Shown here: positions 44,400 through 58,589 of the stretch, one piece after another
Position numbering within the stretch: the stretch's first letter is position 1
Layout: each line of letters opens with the position of its first letter
Source: the human T2T-CHM13v2.0 reference genome, Homo sapiens
Assembly (NCBI RefSeq): GCF_009914755.1
Contig: NC_060933.1
Direction: 5' to 3' (one strand)
DNA: 64,000 nt
The notes under the pieces: model-generated
Seen by the model: the letters and a program-made list of their open reading frames with translations, nothing else
Database searches by the model: none
Told to the model about the DNA's origin: nothing
Program-made: the position numbers and the translations under genes

Positions 44400-45950
44400 A
44401 GTGCAGGGGAATGGAATGGAATGGAATGGAATGCAATGGAATGGAATCTTCCGGAATGGAATGGAATGGAATGGAATGGAATGAAATGCAATGGATTCAA
44501 CTCGATTGCAATGGAATGGAATAGAATGGAATGGAATGGAATGGAATGGAATGGAATGGAATTAACCCGAATAGAATGGAATGGAATGGAATGGAACGGA
44601 ATGGAACGGAATGGAATGCAATGGAATGGAATGGAATGGAATGGAACGGAATGGAATGGAATGGAATTAACCCGAATAGAATGGAATGGAATGGAATGGA
44701 ACGGAATGGAACGGAATGGAATGGAATGGAATGGAATGGAATGGTATGTAATGGAATGGAATGGTACGGAATAGAATGGAATGGAACGAATTGTAATGGA
44801 ATGGAATTGAATGGAATGGAATGGAATGGAATGGAATCAACGCGAGTGCAGGGGAATGTAATGGAACGGAATGCAATGGAATGGAATCATCCGGAATGAA
44901 TGGAATGGAATGGAATGGAATGGAATCAACCCGAGTGCAATGGAATGGAGTGGAATGGAATGGAATGGAATGGAAGAACCCGAATGGAATGGAATGTAAT
45001 GGAGAGTAAGGGAGTTGAATAGAATCAATCCGAATGTAATGGAATGGAAAGCAACGGAATGGAATGGAATAGAATGGAATGGAATGGAATGGAATGGAAT
45101 GCAATGGAATGGAATCAACCCGAGTACAATGGAATGGAATGGAATGGAATGGAATGGAATGGAATGGAATGGAATGGAATGGAATCAAAACGAGTGCAGG
45201 GGAATGGAATGGAATGGAATGCAATGGAATGGAATCTTCCGGAATGGAATGGAATGGAATGGAATGGAATGAAATGCAATGGATTCAACTCGATTGCAAT
45301 GGAATGGAATAGAATGCAATGGAATGGAATGGAATGGAATTAACCCGAATAGAATGGAATGGAATGGAATGGAACGGAATGGAACGGAATGGAATGCAAT
45401 GGAATGGAATGGAATGGAACGGAATGGAATGGAATGGAATTAACCCGAATAGAATGGAATGGAATGGAATGGAACGGAATGGAACGGAATGGAATGGAAT
45501 GGAATGGAGTGGAATGGTATGGAATGGAATGGAATGGTACGGAATAGAATGGAATGGAACGAATTGTAATGGAATGGAATTGAATGGAATTGAATGGAAT
45601 GGAATGGAATCAACGCGAGTGCAGGGGAATGTAATGGAACGGAATGCAATGGAATGGAATCATCCGGAATGAATGGAATGGAATGGAATGGAATGGAATC
45701 AACCCGAGTGCAATGGAATGGAGTGGAATGGAATGGAATGGAATGGAAGAACCCGAATGGAATGGAATGTAATGGAGAGTAAGGGAGTTGAATAGAATCA
45801 ATCCGAATGTAATGGAATGGAAAGCAACGGAATGGAATGGAATAGAATGGAATGGAATGGAATAGAATGGAATGTAATGGAATGGAATGGAATGCAATGG
45901 AATGGAATCAACCCGAGTACAATGGAATGGAATGGAATGGAATGGAATGG
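44400..45950 (+). repeat. 773 bp tandem duplication (also carried in the copy at ~57500-59040)
   Basis: CATCCGGAATGAATGG at 44888/45661 and 57975/58748; identical ORFs at 44821/45594 and 57908/58681. Boundaries are approximate. Confidence 0.8.
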
Positions 45951-47206
45951 AATGGAATGGAATGGAATGGAATCAACGCGACTGCAGGGGAATGGAATGG
46001 AACGGAATGCAATGGAATGGAATCATCCGGAATGGAATGGAATGGAATGGAAAGGAATGGAATGGAATCAACCCCAGTGCAATGGAATGGAGTGGAATGG
46101 AATGGAATGGAATGGAACAACCCGAATGGAATGTAATGTAATGGAGTGTAAGGGAATTGAATAGAATGAATCCGAATGGAATGGAATGGAATGGAAAGGA
46201 ATGGAATGGAATGAAATGGAATGCAATGGAATGGAATGCAATGCCATGGAATCAACACGAGTGCAAACGAATGGAATCGAATGGAATGGAATGCAATGGA
46301 ATGGATTCATCTTGAATGGAATGGAAAGAATGGAATCAACACGAGTGGAATGGCATGGATTGGAATGGAATGGAATGGAATCAACCCGAGTACAGGGGAA
46401 AGGAATGGAATGGAATGGAATGGAATGGAATGGAATCAACTCGATTGCAATCGAATGGAATGGAATGGAATTAACCCGAATAGAGTGGAATGGAATGGAA
46501 TGGAATGGAACGGAACGGAATGGAATGGAATGGAATGGAATGGAATGAAATGGAACGGAACGGAACGGAACGGAATGGAATGGAATGGAATGGAATGGAA
46601 TGGAATCAACGCGAGTGCAGGGGAATGGAATGGAATGGAATGCAATGGAATGGAACCTTCCGGAATGGAATGGAATGGAATGGAATGGAATGGAATGAAA
46701 TGCAATAGATTCAACTCGATTGCAATGGAATGGAATAGAATGGAATGGAATGCAATGGAATGGAATGGAATGGAATTAACCCGAATAGAATGGAATGGAA
46801 TGGAATGGAACGGAATGGAACGGAATGGAATGGAATGGAATGGAATGGAATGGTATGGAATGGAATGGAATGGAATGGAATGGAATGGAACAACCCGAAT
46901 GGAATGGAATGTAATGAAGAGTAAGGGATTTGAATACAATCAATCCGAATGACATGGAATGGAATGCAACGGAATGGAATGGAATGGAATGCAATGGAAT
47001 TGAATCAACCCGAGTACAATGGAATGGAATGGAATGGAATGGAATGGAATGGAATGGAATGGAATTGAATGGAATGGAATGTCTTCAAACCGAATGGAAT
47101 GGAAAGCAATGGAATCAACACGAGTGGAATGGAATGGAATGGAATGGAATGGAATGGAATGGTACGGAATAGAATGGAATGGAACGAAATGGAATGGAAT
47201 GGAATG

Positions 47207-50200
47207 GAATGGAATGGAATGGAATGGAATGGAATCGTTCCGAGTGGAATAGGAGGGAATGTATTCGAGTGGAATGGAAAGGAATGGAATCAACCAGAGT
47301 GGAATGGAAGGGAATGGAATGGAATGGAAACTAATAGAATGGAATCAACCCGAGTGGAATGGAATGGAAAGCACTGGAATGGAATGGAATGGAATGGAAT
47401 CAACTCGATTGTAATGGAATGGAATGGAATGGAATGGAATGGAAAGGAATGCAATGGAATCAACCCGAATACAATGGAATGGAATGGAATGCAATGGAAT
47501 GGAGTGGAATGGAATGGAATCAACCCGAGTGCAGGGGAATGGAATGGAATGGAATGCAATGGAAAGGAATCATCCGGAATGGAATGGAATGGAATGGAAT
47601 GCAAAGCAATGGAATCAACTCGATTGCAATGGAATGGAATGGAATGGAAAGGAATAGAATGGAATCAACCCGAGTGGAATGGAATGGAAAGGACTGGAAT
47701 TGAGTGAAATGGAATGCAATGGAATGGAATCAACTCGATTGGAATGGACTGGAATGGAATGGAATGTTATGGAATGGAATTAACCCGAATAGAATGGAAT
47801 GGAATGGAATGGAATGGAATGGAATGGAATGGAATGGAATCAACTCGATTGCAATCGAATGGAATGGAATGGAATTAACCCGAATAGAATGGAATGGAAT
47901 GGAATGGAATGGAACGGAACGGAATGGAATGGAATGGAATGGAACGGAACGGAACGGAATGGAATGGAATGGAATGGAGTGGAATGGAATGGAATGGAAT
48001 CAACGCGAGTGCAGGGGAATGGAATGGAATGGAATGCAATGGAATGGAATCTTCCGGAATGGAATGGAATGGAATGGAATGGAATGAAATGCAATGGATT
48101 CAACTCGATTGCAATGGAATGGAATAGAATGGAATGGAATGGAATGGAATGGAATGGAATTAACCCGAATAGAATGGAATGGAATGGAATGGAACGGAAT
48201 GGAACGGAATGGAATGCAATGGAATGGAATGGAATGGAATGGAACGGAATGGAATGGAATGGAATTAACCCGAATAGAATGGAATGGAATGGAATGGAAC
48301 GGAATGGAACGGAATGGAATGGAATGGAATGGAATGGAATGGTATGTAATGGAATGGAATGGTACGGAATAGAATGGAATGGAACGAATTGTAATGGAAT
48401 GGAATTGAATGGAATGGAATGGAATGGAATGGAATCAACGCGAGTGCAGGGGAATGTAATGGAACGGAATGCAATGGAATGGAATCATCCGGAATGAATG
48501 GAATGGAATGGAATGGAATGGAATCAACCCGAGTGCAATGGAATGGAGTGGAATGGAATGGAATGGAATGGAAGAACCCGAATGGAATGGAATGTAATGG
48601 AGAGTAAGGGAGTTGAATAGAATCAATCCGAATGTAATGGAATGGAAAGCAACGGAATGGAATGGAATAGAATGGAATGGAATGGAATGGAATGGAATGC
48701 AATGGAATGGAATCAACCCGAGTACAATGGAATGGAATGGAATGGAATGGAATGGAATGGAATGGAATGGAATCAACGCGAGTGCAGGGGAATGGAATGG
48801 AATGGAATGCAATGGAATGGAATCTTCCGGAATGGAATGGAATGGAATGGAATGGAATGAAATGCAATGGATTCAACTCGATTGCAATGGAATGGAATAG
48901 AATGCAATGGAATGGAATGGAATGGAATTAACACGAATAGAATGGAATGGAATGGAATGGAACGGAATGGAACGGAATGGAATGCAATGGAATGGAATGG
49001 AATGGAACGGAATGGAATGGAATGGAATTAACCCGAATAGAATGGAATGGAATGGAATGGAATGGAATGGAATCAACTCGATTGCAATCGAATGGAATGG
49101 AATGGAATTAACCCGAATAGAATGGAATGGAATGGAATGGAACGGAACGGAATTGAATGGAATGGAATGGAATGGAATGGAATGGAATGGAACCGAAAGG
49201 AATGGAATGGAATGGAATGGACTGGAATGGAATGGAATCAACGCGAGTGCAGGGGAATGGAATGGAATGGAATGCAATGGAATGGAATCTTTCGGAATGG
49301 AATGGAATGGAATGGAATGGAATCAACCCGAGTGCAATGGTATGGAGTGGAATGGAATGGAACAACCCGAATGGAATGGAATGGAATGGAGAGTAAGGGA
49401 GTTGAATAGAATCAATCCGAATGTAATGGAATGTAATGGAACGGAATGGAATTGAATGGAATGGAATGGAATGCAAAGGAATGGAATCAACCCGAGTGCA
49501 ATGGAATGGACAGGAATGGAATGGAATGGAATGGAAACTACCCGAATGGAATGGAATGGAATGCAGTGTAAGGGAATTGAATAGAATCAATCCGAATGTA
49601 ATGGAATGGAACGGAATGGAATGGAATGGAATGGAATGGAATGGAATGGAATGGAATGGAATGCAATGGAATGGAATCAACCCGAGTGCAATCGAATGGA
49701 ATCCAATGGAATGGAATGCAATGGAATGGATTCAACTTGAATGGAATGGAAAGAATGGAATCAACCCGAGTGGAATGGCATGGATTGGAATGGAATGGAA
49801 TGGAATCAACCCGAGTACAGGGGAATGGAGTGGAATGGAATGCAATGGAATGGAATCATCCGTAAAGGAATGGAAAGGAATGGAATGGAATGGAATGGAA
49901 TGGAATGGAATGGAATGGAATGGAATCAACTCGATTGCAATCGAATGGAATGGAATGGAATTAACCCGAATAGAATGGAATGGAATGGAATGGAACGGAA
50001 CAGAATGGAATGGAATGGAATGGAACGGAACGGAACAGAACGGAATGGAATGTAATGGAATGGAATGGAATCAACGCCAGTGCAGGGGAATGGAATGGAA
50101 TGGAATGCAATGGAATGGAATCTTCCGGAATGGAATGGAATGGAATGGAATGGAATGAAATGCAATGGATTCAACTCGACTGCAATGGAATGGAATAGAA

Positions 50201-53200
50201 TGGAATGGAATGGAATGGAATGGAATGGAATTAACCCGAATAGAATGGAATGGAATGGAATGGAATGGAACTGAATGGATTGGAATTGAATGGAATGGAA
50301 TAGAATGGAATGGAATTAACCCGAATAGAATGGAATGGAATGGAATGGAACGGAACGGAATGGAATGGAATGGAATGGAATGGAATGGAATGGAATCAAC
50401 CCGACTTCAGGGGAATGGAATGGAATGGAATGCAATGGAATAGATTCAACTTGAATGGAATGGAAAGAATGGAATCAACACGAGTGGAATGGCATGGATT
50501 GGAATGGAAGGGAATGGAATCAACCCGAGTACAGGGGAATGGAATGGAATGGAATGCAATGGAATGGAATCATCCGTAATGGAATAGAAAGGAATGGAAT
50601 GGAATGGAATGGAATGGAATGGAATGGAATGGAATGGAATGGAATGGAATCAACTCGATTGCAATCGAATGGAATGGAATGGAATTAACCCGAATAGAAT
50701 GAAATGGAATGGAATGGAACGGAACGGAATGGAATGGAATGGAATGGAATGGAACCGAAAGGAATGGAATGGAATGGAATGGAGTGGAATGGAATGGAAT
50801 CAACGTGAGTGCAGGGGAATGGAATGGAATGGAATGCAATGGAGTGGCATCTTCCGGAATGGAATGGAAAGGAATGGAATGGAATGGAACGGAATCAACC
50901 CGAGTGCAATGGAATGGAGTGGAATGGAATGGAACAACCCGAATGGAATGGAATGTAATGGAGCGTAAGGGAGTTGAATAGAATCAATCCGAATGTAATG
51001 GAATGGAATGGAACGGAATGGAATTGAATGGAATGGAATGGAATGCAATGGAATGGAATCAACCCGAGTGCAATGGAATGGAGAGGAATGGAATGGAATG
51101 GAATGGAAACTACCCGAATGGAATGGAATGGAATGCAGTGTAAGGGAATTGAATAGAATCAATCCGAATGTAATGGAATGGAACGGAATGGAATGGAATG
51201 GAATGGAATGGAATGGAATGGAATGGAATGCAATGGAATGGAATCTTCTGGAATGGAATGGAATGGAATGGAATGGAATGAAATGCAATGGATTCAACTC
51301 GACTGCAATGGAATGGAATAGAATGGAATGGAATGGAATGGAATGGAATGGAATTAACCCGAATAGAATGGAATGGAATGGAATGGAACGGAATGGAACT
51401 GAATGGAATGGAATGGAATGGAATGGTATGGAATTGAATGGAATGGTACGGAATAGAATGGAATGGAACGAATTGTAATGGAATGGAATTGAATGGAATG
51501 GAATGGAATGGAATGGAATCAACGCGAGTGCAGGGGAATGGAATGGAACGGAATGCAATGGAATGGAATCATCCGGAATGTAATGGAATGGAATGGAAAG
51601 GAATGGAATGGAATCAACCCGAGTGCAATGGAATGGAGTGGAATGGAATGGAATGGAATGGAACAACCCGAATGGAATGTAATGTAATGGAGTGTAAGGG
51701 AATTGAATAGAATGAATCCGAATGGAATGGAATGGAATGGAAAGGAATGGAATGGAATGGAATGGAATGGAAAGGAATGGAATGGAATGGAATGCAATGC
51801 CATGGAATCAACACGAGTGCAAACGAATGGAATCGAATGGAATGGAATGCAATGGAATGGATTCATCTTGAATGGAATGGAAAGAATGGAATCAACACGA
51901 GTGGAATGGCATGGATTGGAATGGAATGGAATGGAATCAACCCGAGTACAGGGGAAAGGAATGGAATGGAATGGAATGGAATGGAATCATCCGTAATGTA
52001 ATGGAAAGGAATGGAATGGAATGGAATGGAATGGAATGGAATGGAATCAACTCGATTGCAATCGAATGGAATGGAATGGAATTAACCCGAATAGAATGGA
52101 ATGGAATGGAATGGAATGGAACGGAACGGAATGGAATGGAATGGAATGGAACGGAACGGAACGGAATGGAATGGAATGGAATGGAGTGGAATGGAATGGA
52201 ATGGAATCAACGCGAGTGCAGGGGAATGGAATGGAATGGAATGGAATGCAATGGAATGGAATCTTCCGGAATGGAATGGAATGGAATGGAATGGAATGAA
52301 ATGCAATGGATTCAACTCGATTGCAATGGAATGGAATATAATGGAATGGAATGGAATGGAATGGAATGGAATTAACCCGAATAGAATGGAATGGAATGGA
52401 ATGGAACGGAATGGAACGGAATGGAATGCAATGGAATGGAATGGAATGGAATGGAACGGAATGGAATGGAATGGAATTAACCCGAATAGAATGGAATGGA
52501 ATGGAATGGAATGGAATCGTTCCGAGTGGAATAGGAGGGAATGTATTCGAGTGGAATGGAAAGGAATGGAATCAACCAGAGTGGAATGGAAGGGAATGGA
52601 ATGGAATGGAAACTAATAGAATGGAATCAACCCGAGTGGAATGGAATGGAAAGCACTGGAATGGAATGGAATGGAATGGAATCAACTCGATTGTAATGGA
52701 ATGGAATGGAATGGAATGGAATGGAAAGGAATGCAATGGAATCAACCCGAATACAATGGAATGGAATGGAATGCAATGGAATGGAGTGGAATGGAATGGA
52801 ATCAACCCGAGTGCAGGGGAATGGAATGGAATGGAATGCAATGGAAAGGAATCATCCGGAATGGAATGGAATGGAATGGAATGCAAAGCAATGGAATCAA
52901 CTCGATTGCAATGGAATGGAATGGAATGGAAAGGAATAGAATGGAATCAACCCGAGTGGAATGGAATGGAAAGGACTGGAATTGAGTGAAATGGAATGCA
53001 ATGGAATGGAATCAACTCGATTGGAATGGAATGGAATGGAATGGAATGTTATGGAATGGAATTAACCCGAATAGAATGGAATGGAATGGAATGGAATGGA
53101 ATGGAATGGAATGGAATGGAATCAACTCGATTGCAATCGAATGGAATGGAATGGAATTAACCCGAATAGAATGGAATGGAATGGAATGGAATGGAACGGA

Positions 53201-56200
53201 ACGGAATGGAATGGAATGGAATGGAACGGAACGGAACGGAATGGAATGGAATGGAATGGAGTGGAATGGAATGGAATGGAATCAACGCGAGTGCAGGGGA
53301 ATGGAATGGAATGGAATGCAATGGAATGGAATCTTCCGGAATGGAATGGAATGGAATGGAATGGAATGAAATGCAATGGATTCAACTCGATTGCAATGGA
53401 ATGGAATAGAATGGAATGGAATGGAATGGAATGGAATGGAATTAACCCGAATAGAATGGAATGGAATGGAATGGAACGGAATGGAACGGAATGGAATGCA
53501 ATGGAATGGAATGGAATGGAATGGAACGGAATGGAATGGAATGGAATTAACCCGAATAGAATGGAATGGAATGGAATGGAACGGAATGGAACGGAATGGA
53601 ATGGAATGGAATGGAATGGAATGGTATGTAATGGAATGGAATGGTACGGAATAGAATGGAATGGAACGAATTGTAATGGAATGGAATTGAATGGAATGGA
53701 ATGGAATGGAATGGAATCAACGCGAGTGCAGGGGAATGTAATGGAACGGAATGCAATGGAATGGAATCATCCGGAATGAATGGAATGGAATGGAATGGAA
53801 TGGAATCAACCCGAGTGCAATGGAATGGAGTGGAATGGAATGGAATGGAATGGAAGAACCCGAATGGAATGGAATGTAATGGAGAGTAAGGGAGTTGAAT
53901 AGAATCAATCCGAATGTAATGGAATGGAAAGCAACGGAATGGAATGGAATAGAATGGAATGGAATGGAATGGAATGGAATGCAATGGAATGGAATCAACC
54001 CGAGTACAATGGAATGGAATGGAATGGAATGGAATGGAATGGAATGGAATGGAATCAACGCGAGTGCAGGGGAATGGAATGGAATGGAATGCAATGGAAT
54101 GGAATCTTCCGGAATGGAATGGAATGGAATGGAATGGAATGAAATGCAATGGATTCAACTCGATTGCAATGGAATGGAATAGAATGCAATGGAATGGAAT
54201 GGAATGGAATTAACACGAATAGAATGGAATGGAATGGAATGGAACGGAATGGAACGGAATGGAATGCAATGGAATGGAATGGAATGGAACGGAATGGAAT
54301 GGAATGGAATTAACCCGAATAGAATGGAATGGAATGGAATGGAATGGAATGGAATCAACTCGATTGCAATCGAATGGAATGGAATGGAATTAACCCGAAT
54401 AGAATGGAATGGAATGGAATGGAACGGAACGGAATTGAATGGAATGGAATGGAATGGAATGGAATGGAATGGAACCGAAAGGAATGGAATGGAATGGAAT
54501 GGACTGGAATGGAATGGAATCAACGCGAGTGCAGGGGAATGGAATGGAATGGAATGCAATGGAATGGAATCTTTCGGAATGGAATGGAATGGAATGGAAT
54601 GGAATCAACCCGAGTGCAATGGTATGGAGTGGAATGGAATGGAACAACCCGAATGGAATGGAATGGAATGGAGAGTAAGGGAGTTGAATAGAATCAATCC
54701 GAATGTAATGGAATGTAATGGAACGGAATGGAATTGAATGGAATGGAATGGAATGCAAAGGAATGGAATCAACCCGAGTGCAATGGAATGGACAGGAATG
54801 GAATGGAATGGAATGGAAACTACCCGAATGGAATGGAATGGAATGCAGTGTAAGGGAATTGAATAGAATCAATCCGAATGTAATGGAATGGAACGGAATG
54901 GAATGGAATGGAATGGAATGGAATGGAATGGAATGGAATGGAATGCAATGGAATGGAATCAACCCGAGTGCAATCGAATGGAATCCAATGGAATGGAATG
55001 CAATGGAATGGATTCAACTTGAATGGAATGGAAAGAATGGAATCAACCCGAGTGGAATGGCATGGATTGGAATGGAATGGAATGGAATCAACCCGAGTAC
55101 AGGGGAATGGAGTGGAATGGAATGCAATGGAATGGAATCATCCGTAAAGGAATGGAAAGGAATGGAATGGAATGGAATGGAATGGAATGGAATGGAATGG
55201 AATCAACTCGATTGCAATCGAATGGAATGGAATGGAATTAACCCGAATAGAATGGAATGGAATGGAATGGAACGGAACAGAATGGAATGGAATGGAATGG
55301 AACGGAACGGAACAGAACGGAATGGAATGTAATGGAATGGAATGGAATCAACGCCAGTGCAGGGGAATGGAATGGAATGGAATGCAATGGAATGGAATCT
55401 TCCGGAATGGAATGGAATGGAATGGAATGGAATGAAATGCAATGGATTCAACTCGACTGCAATGGAATGGAATAGAATGGAATGGAATGGAATGGAATGG
55501 AATGGAATTAACCCGAATAGAATGGAATGGAATGGAATGGAATGGAACTGAATGGATTGGAATTGAATGGAATGGAATAGAATGGAATGGAATTAACCCG
55601 AATAGAATGGAATGGAATGGAATGGAACGGAACGGAATGGAATGGAATGGAATGGAATGGAATGGAATGGAATGGAATCAACCCGACTTCAGGGGAATGG
55701 AATGGAATGGAATGCAATGGAATAGATTCAACTTGAATGGAATGGAAAGAATGGAATCAACACGAGTGGAATGGCATGGATTGGAATGGAAGGGAATGGA
55801 ATCAACCCGAGTACAGGGGAATGGAATGGAATGGAATGCAATGGAATGGAATCATCCGTAATGGAATAGAAAGGAATGGAATGGAATGGAATGGAATGGA
55901 ATGGAATGGAATGGAATGGAATGGAATCAACTCGATTGCAATCGAATGGAATGGAATGGAATTAACCCGAATAGAATGAAATGGAATGGAATGGAACGGA
56001 ACGGAATGGAATGGAATGGAATGGAATGGAACCGAAAGGAATGGAATGGAATGGAATGGAGTGGAATGGAATGGAATCAACGTGAGTGCAGGGGAATGGA
56101 ATGGAATGGAATGCAATGGAGTGGCATCTTCCGGAATGGAATGGAAAGGAATGGAATGGAATGGAACGGAATCAACCCGAGTGCAATGGAATGGAGTGGA

Positions 56201-57788
56201 ATGGAATGGAACAACCCGAATGGAATGGAATGTAATGGAGCGTAAGGGAGTTGAATAGAATCAATCCGAATGTAATGGAATGGAATGGAACGGAATGGAA
56301 TTGAATGGAATGGAATGGAATGCAATGGAATGGAATCAACCCGAGTGCAATGGAATGGAGAGGAATGGAATGGAATGGAATGGAAACTACCCGAATGGAA
56401 TGGAATGGAATGCAGTGTAAGGGAATTGAATAGAATCAATCCGAATGTAATGGAATGGAACGGAATGGAATGGAATGGAATGGAATGGAATGGAATGGAA
56501 TGGAATGCAATGGAATGGAATCTTCTGGAATGGAATGGAATGGAATGGAATGGAATGAAATGCAATGGATTCAACTCGACTGCAATGGAATGGAATAGAA
56601 TGGAATGGAATGGAATGGAATGGAATGGAATTAACCCGAATAGAATGGAATGGAATGGAATGGAACGGAATGGAACTGAATGGAATGGAATGGAATGGAA
56701 TGGTATGGAATTGAATGGAATGGTACGGAATAGAATGGAATGGAACGAATTGTAATGGAATGGAATTGAATGGAATGGAATGGAATGGAATGGAATCAAC
56801 GCGAGTGCAGGGGAATGGAATGGAACGGAATGCAATGGAATGGAATCATCCGGAATGTAATGGAATGGAATGGAAAGGAATGGAATGGAATCAACCCGAG
56901 TGCAATGGAATGGAGTGGAATGGAATGGAATGGAATGGAACAACCCGAATGGAATGTAATGTAATGGAGTGTAAGGGAATTGAATAGAATGAATCCGAAT
57001 GGAATGGAATGGAATGGAAAGGAATGGAATGGAATGGAATGGAATGGAAAGGAATGGAATGGAATGGAATGCAATGCCATGGAATCAACACGAGTGCAAA
57101 CGAATGGAATCGAATGGAATGGAATGCAATGGAATGGATTCATCTTGAATGGAATGGAAAGAATGGAATCAACACGAGTGGAATGGCATGGATTGGAATG
57201 GAATGGAATGGAATCAACCCGAGTACAGGGGAAAGGAATGGAATGGAATGGAATGGAATGGAATCATCCGTAATGTAATGGAAAGGAATGGAATGGAATG
57301 GAATGGAATGGAATGGAATGGAATCAACTCGATTGCAATCGAATGGAATGGAATGGAATTAACCCGAATAGAATGGAATGGAATGGAATGGAATGGAACG
57401 GAACGGAATGGAATGGAATGGAATGGAACGGAACGGAACGGAATGGAATGGAATGGAATGGAGTGGAATGGAATGGAATGGAATCAACGCGAGTGCAGGG
57501 GAATGGAATGGAATGGAATGGAATGCAATGGAATGGAATCTTCCGGAATGGAATGGAATGGAATGGAATGGAATGAAATGCAATGGATTCAACTCGATTG
57601 CAATGGAATGGAATATAATGGAATGGAATGGAATGGAATGGAATGGAATTAACCCGAATAGAATGGAATGGAATGGAATGGAACGGAATGGAACGGAATG
57701 GAATGCAATGGAATGGAATGGAATGGAATGGAACGGAATGGAATGGAATGGAATTAACCCGAATAGAATGGAATGGAATGGAATGGAA
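47207..57788 (+). repeat. ~5280 bp direct tandem duplication (47207-52511 repeated at 52489-57788)
   Basis: Offset is 5282 (47290/52572, 47799/53081, 49436/54718) and shifts to 5277 (51872/57149) by one pentamer. Both copies share GGAATATAAT (~52333, ~57610) where the 44.5 kb homologue has GGAATAGAAT. Confidence 0.92.
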
Positions 57789-58589
57789 CGGAATGGAACG
57801 GAATGGAATGGAATGGAATGGAATGGAATGGTATGTAATGGAATGGAATGGTACGGAATAGAATGGAATGGAACGAATTGTAATGGAATGGAATTGAATG
57901 GAATGGAATGGAATGGAATGGAATCAACGCGAGTGCAGGGGAATGTAATGGAACGGAATGCAATGGAATGGAATCATCCGGAATGAATGGAATGGAATGG
58001 AATGGAATGGAATCAACCCGAGTGCAATGGAATGGAGTGGAATGGAATGGAATGGAATGGAAGAACCCGAATGGAATGGAATGTAATGGAGAGTAAGGGA
58101 GTTGAATAGAATCAATCCGAATGTAATGGAATGGAAAGCAACGGAATGGAATGGAATAGAATGGAATGGAATGGAATGGAATGGAATGCAATGGAATGGA
58201 ATCAACCCGAGTACAATGGAATGGAATGGAATGGAATGGAATGGAATGGAATGGAATGGAATGGAATGGAATCAACGCGAGTGCAGGGGAATGGAATGGA
58301 ATGGAATGCAATGGAATGGAATCTTCCGGAATGGAATGGAATGGAATGGAATGGAATGAAATGCAATGGATTCAACTCGATTGCAATGGAATGGAATAGA
58401 ATGCAATGGAATGGAATGGAATGGAATTAACCCGAATAGAATGGAATGGAATGGAATGGAACGGAATGGAACGGAATGGAATGCAATGGAATGGAATGGA
58501 ATGGAACGGAATGGAATGGAATGGAATTAACCCGAATAGAATGGAATGGAATGGAATGGAACGGAATGGAACGGAATGGAATGGAATGG

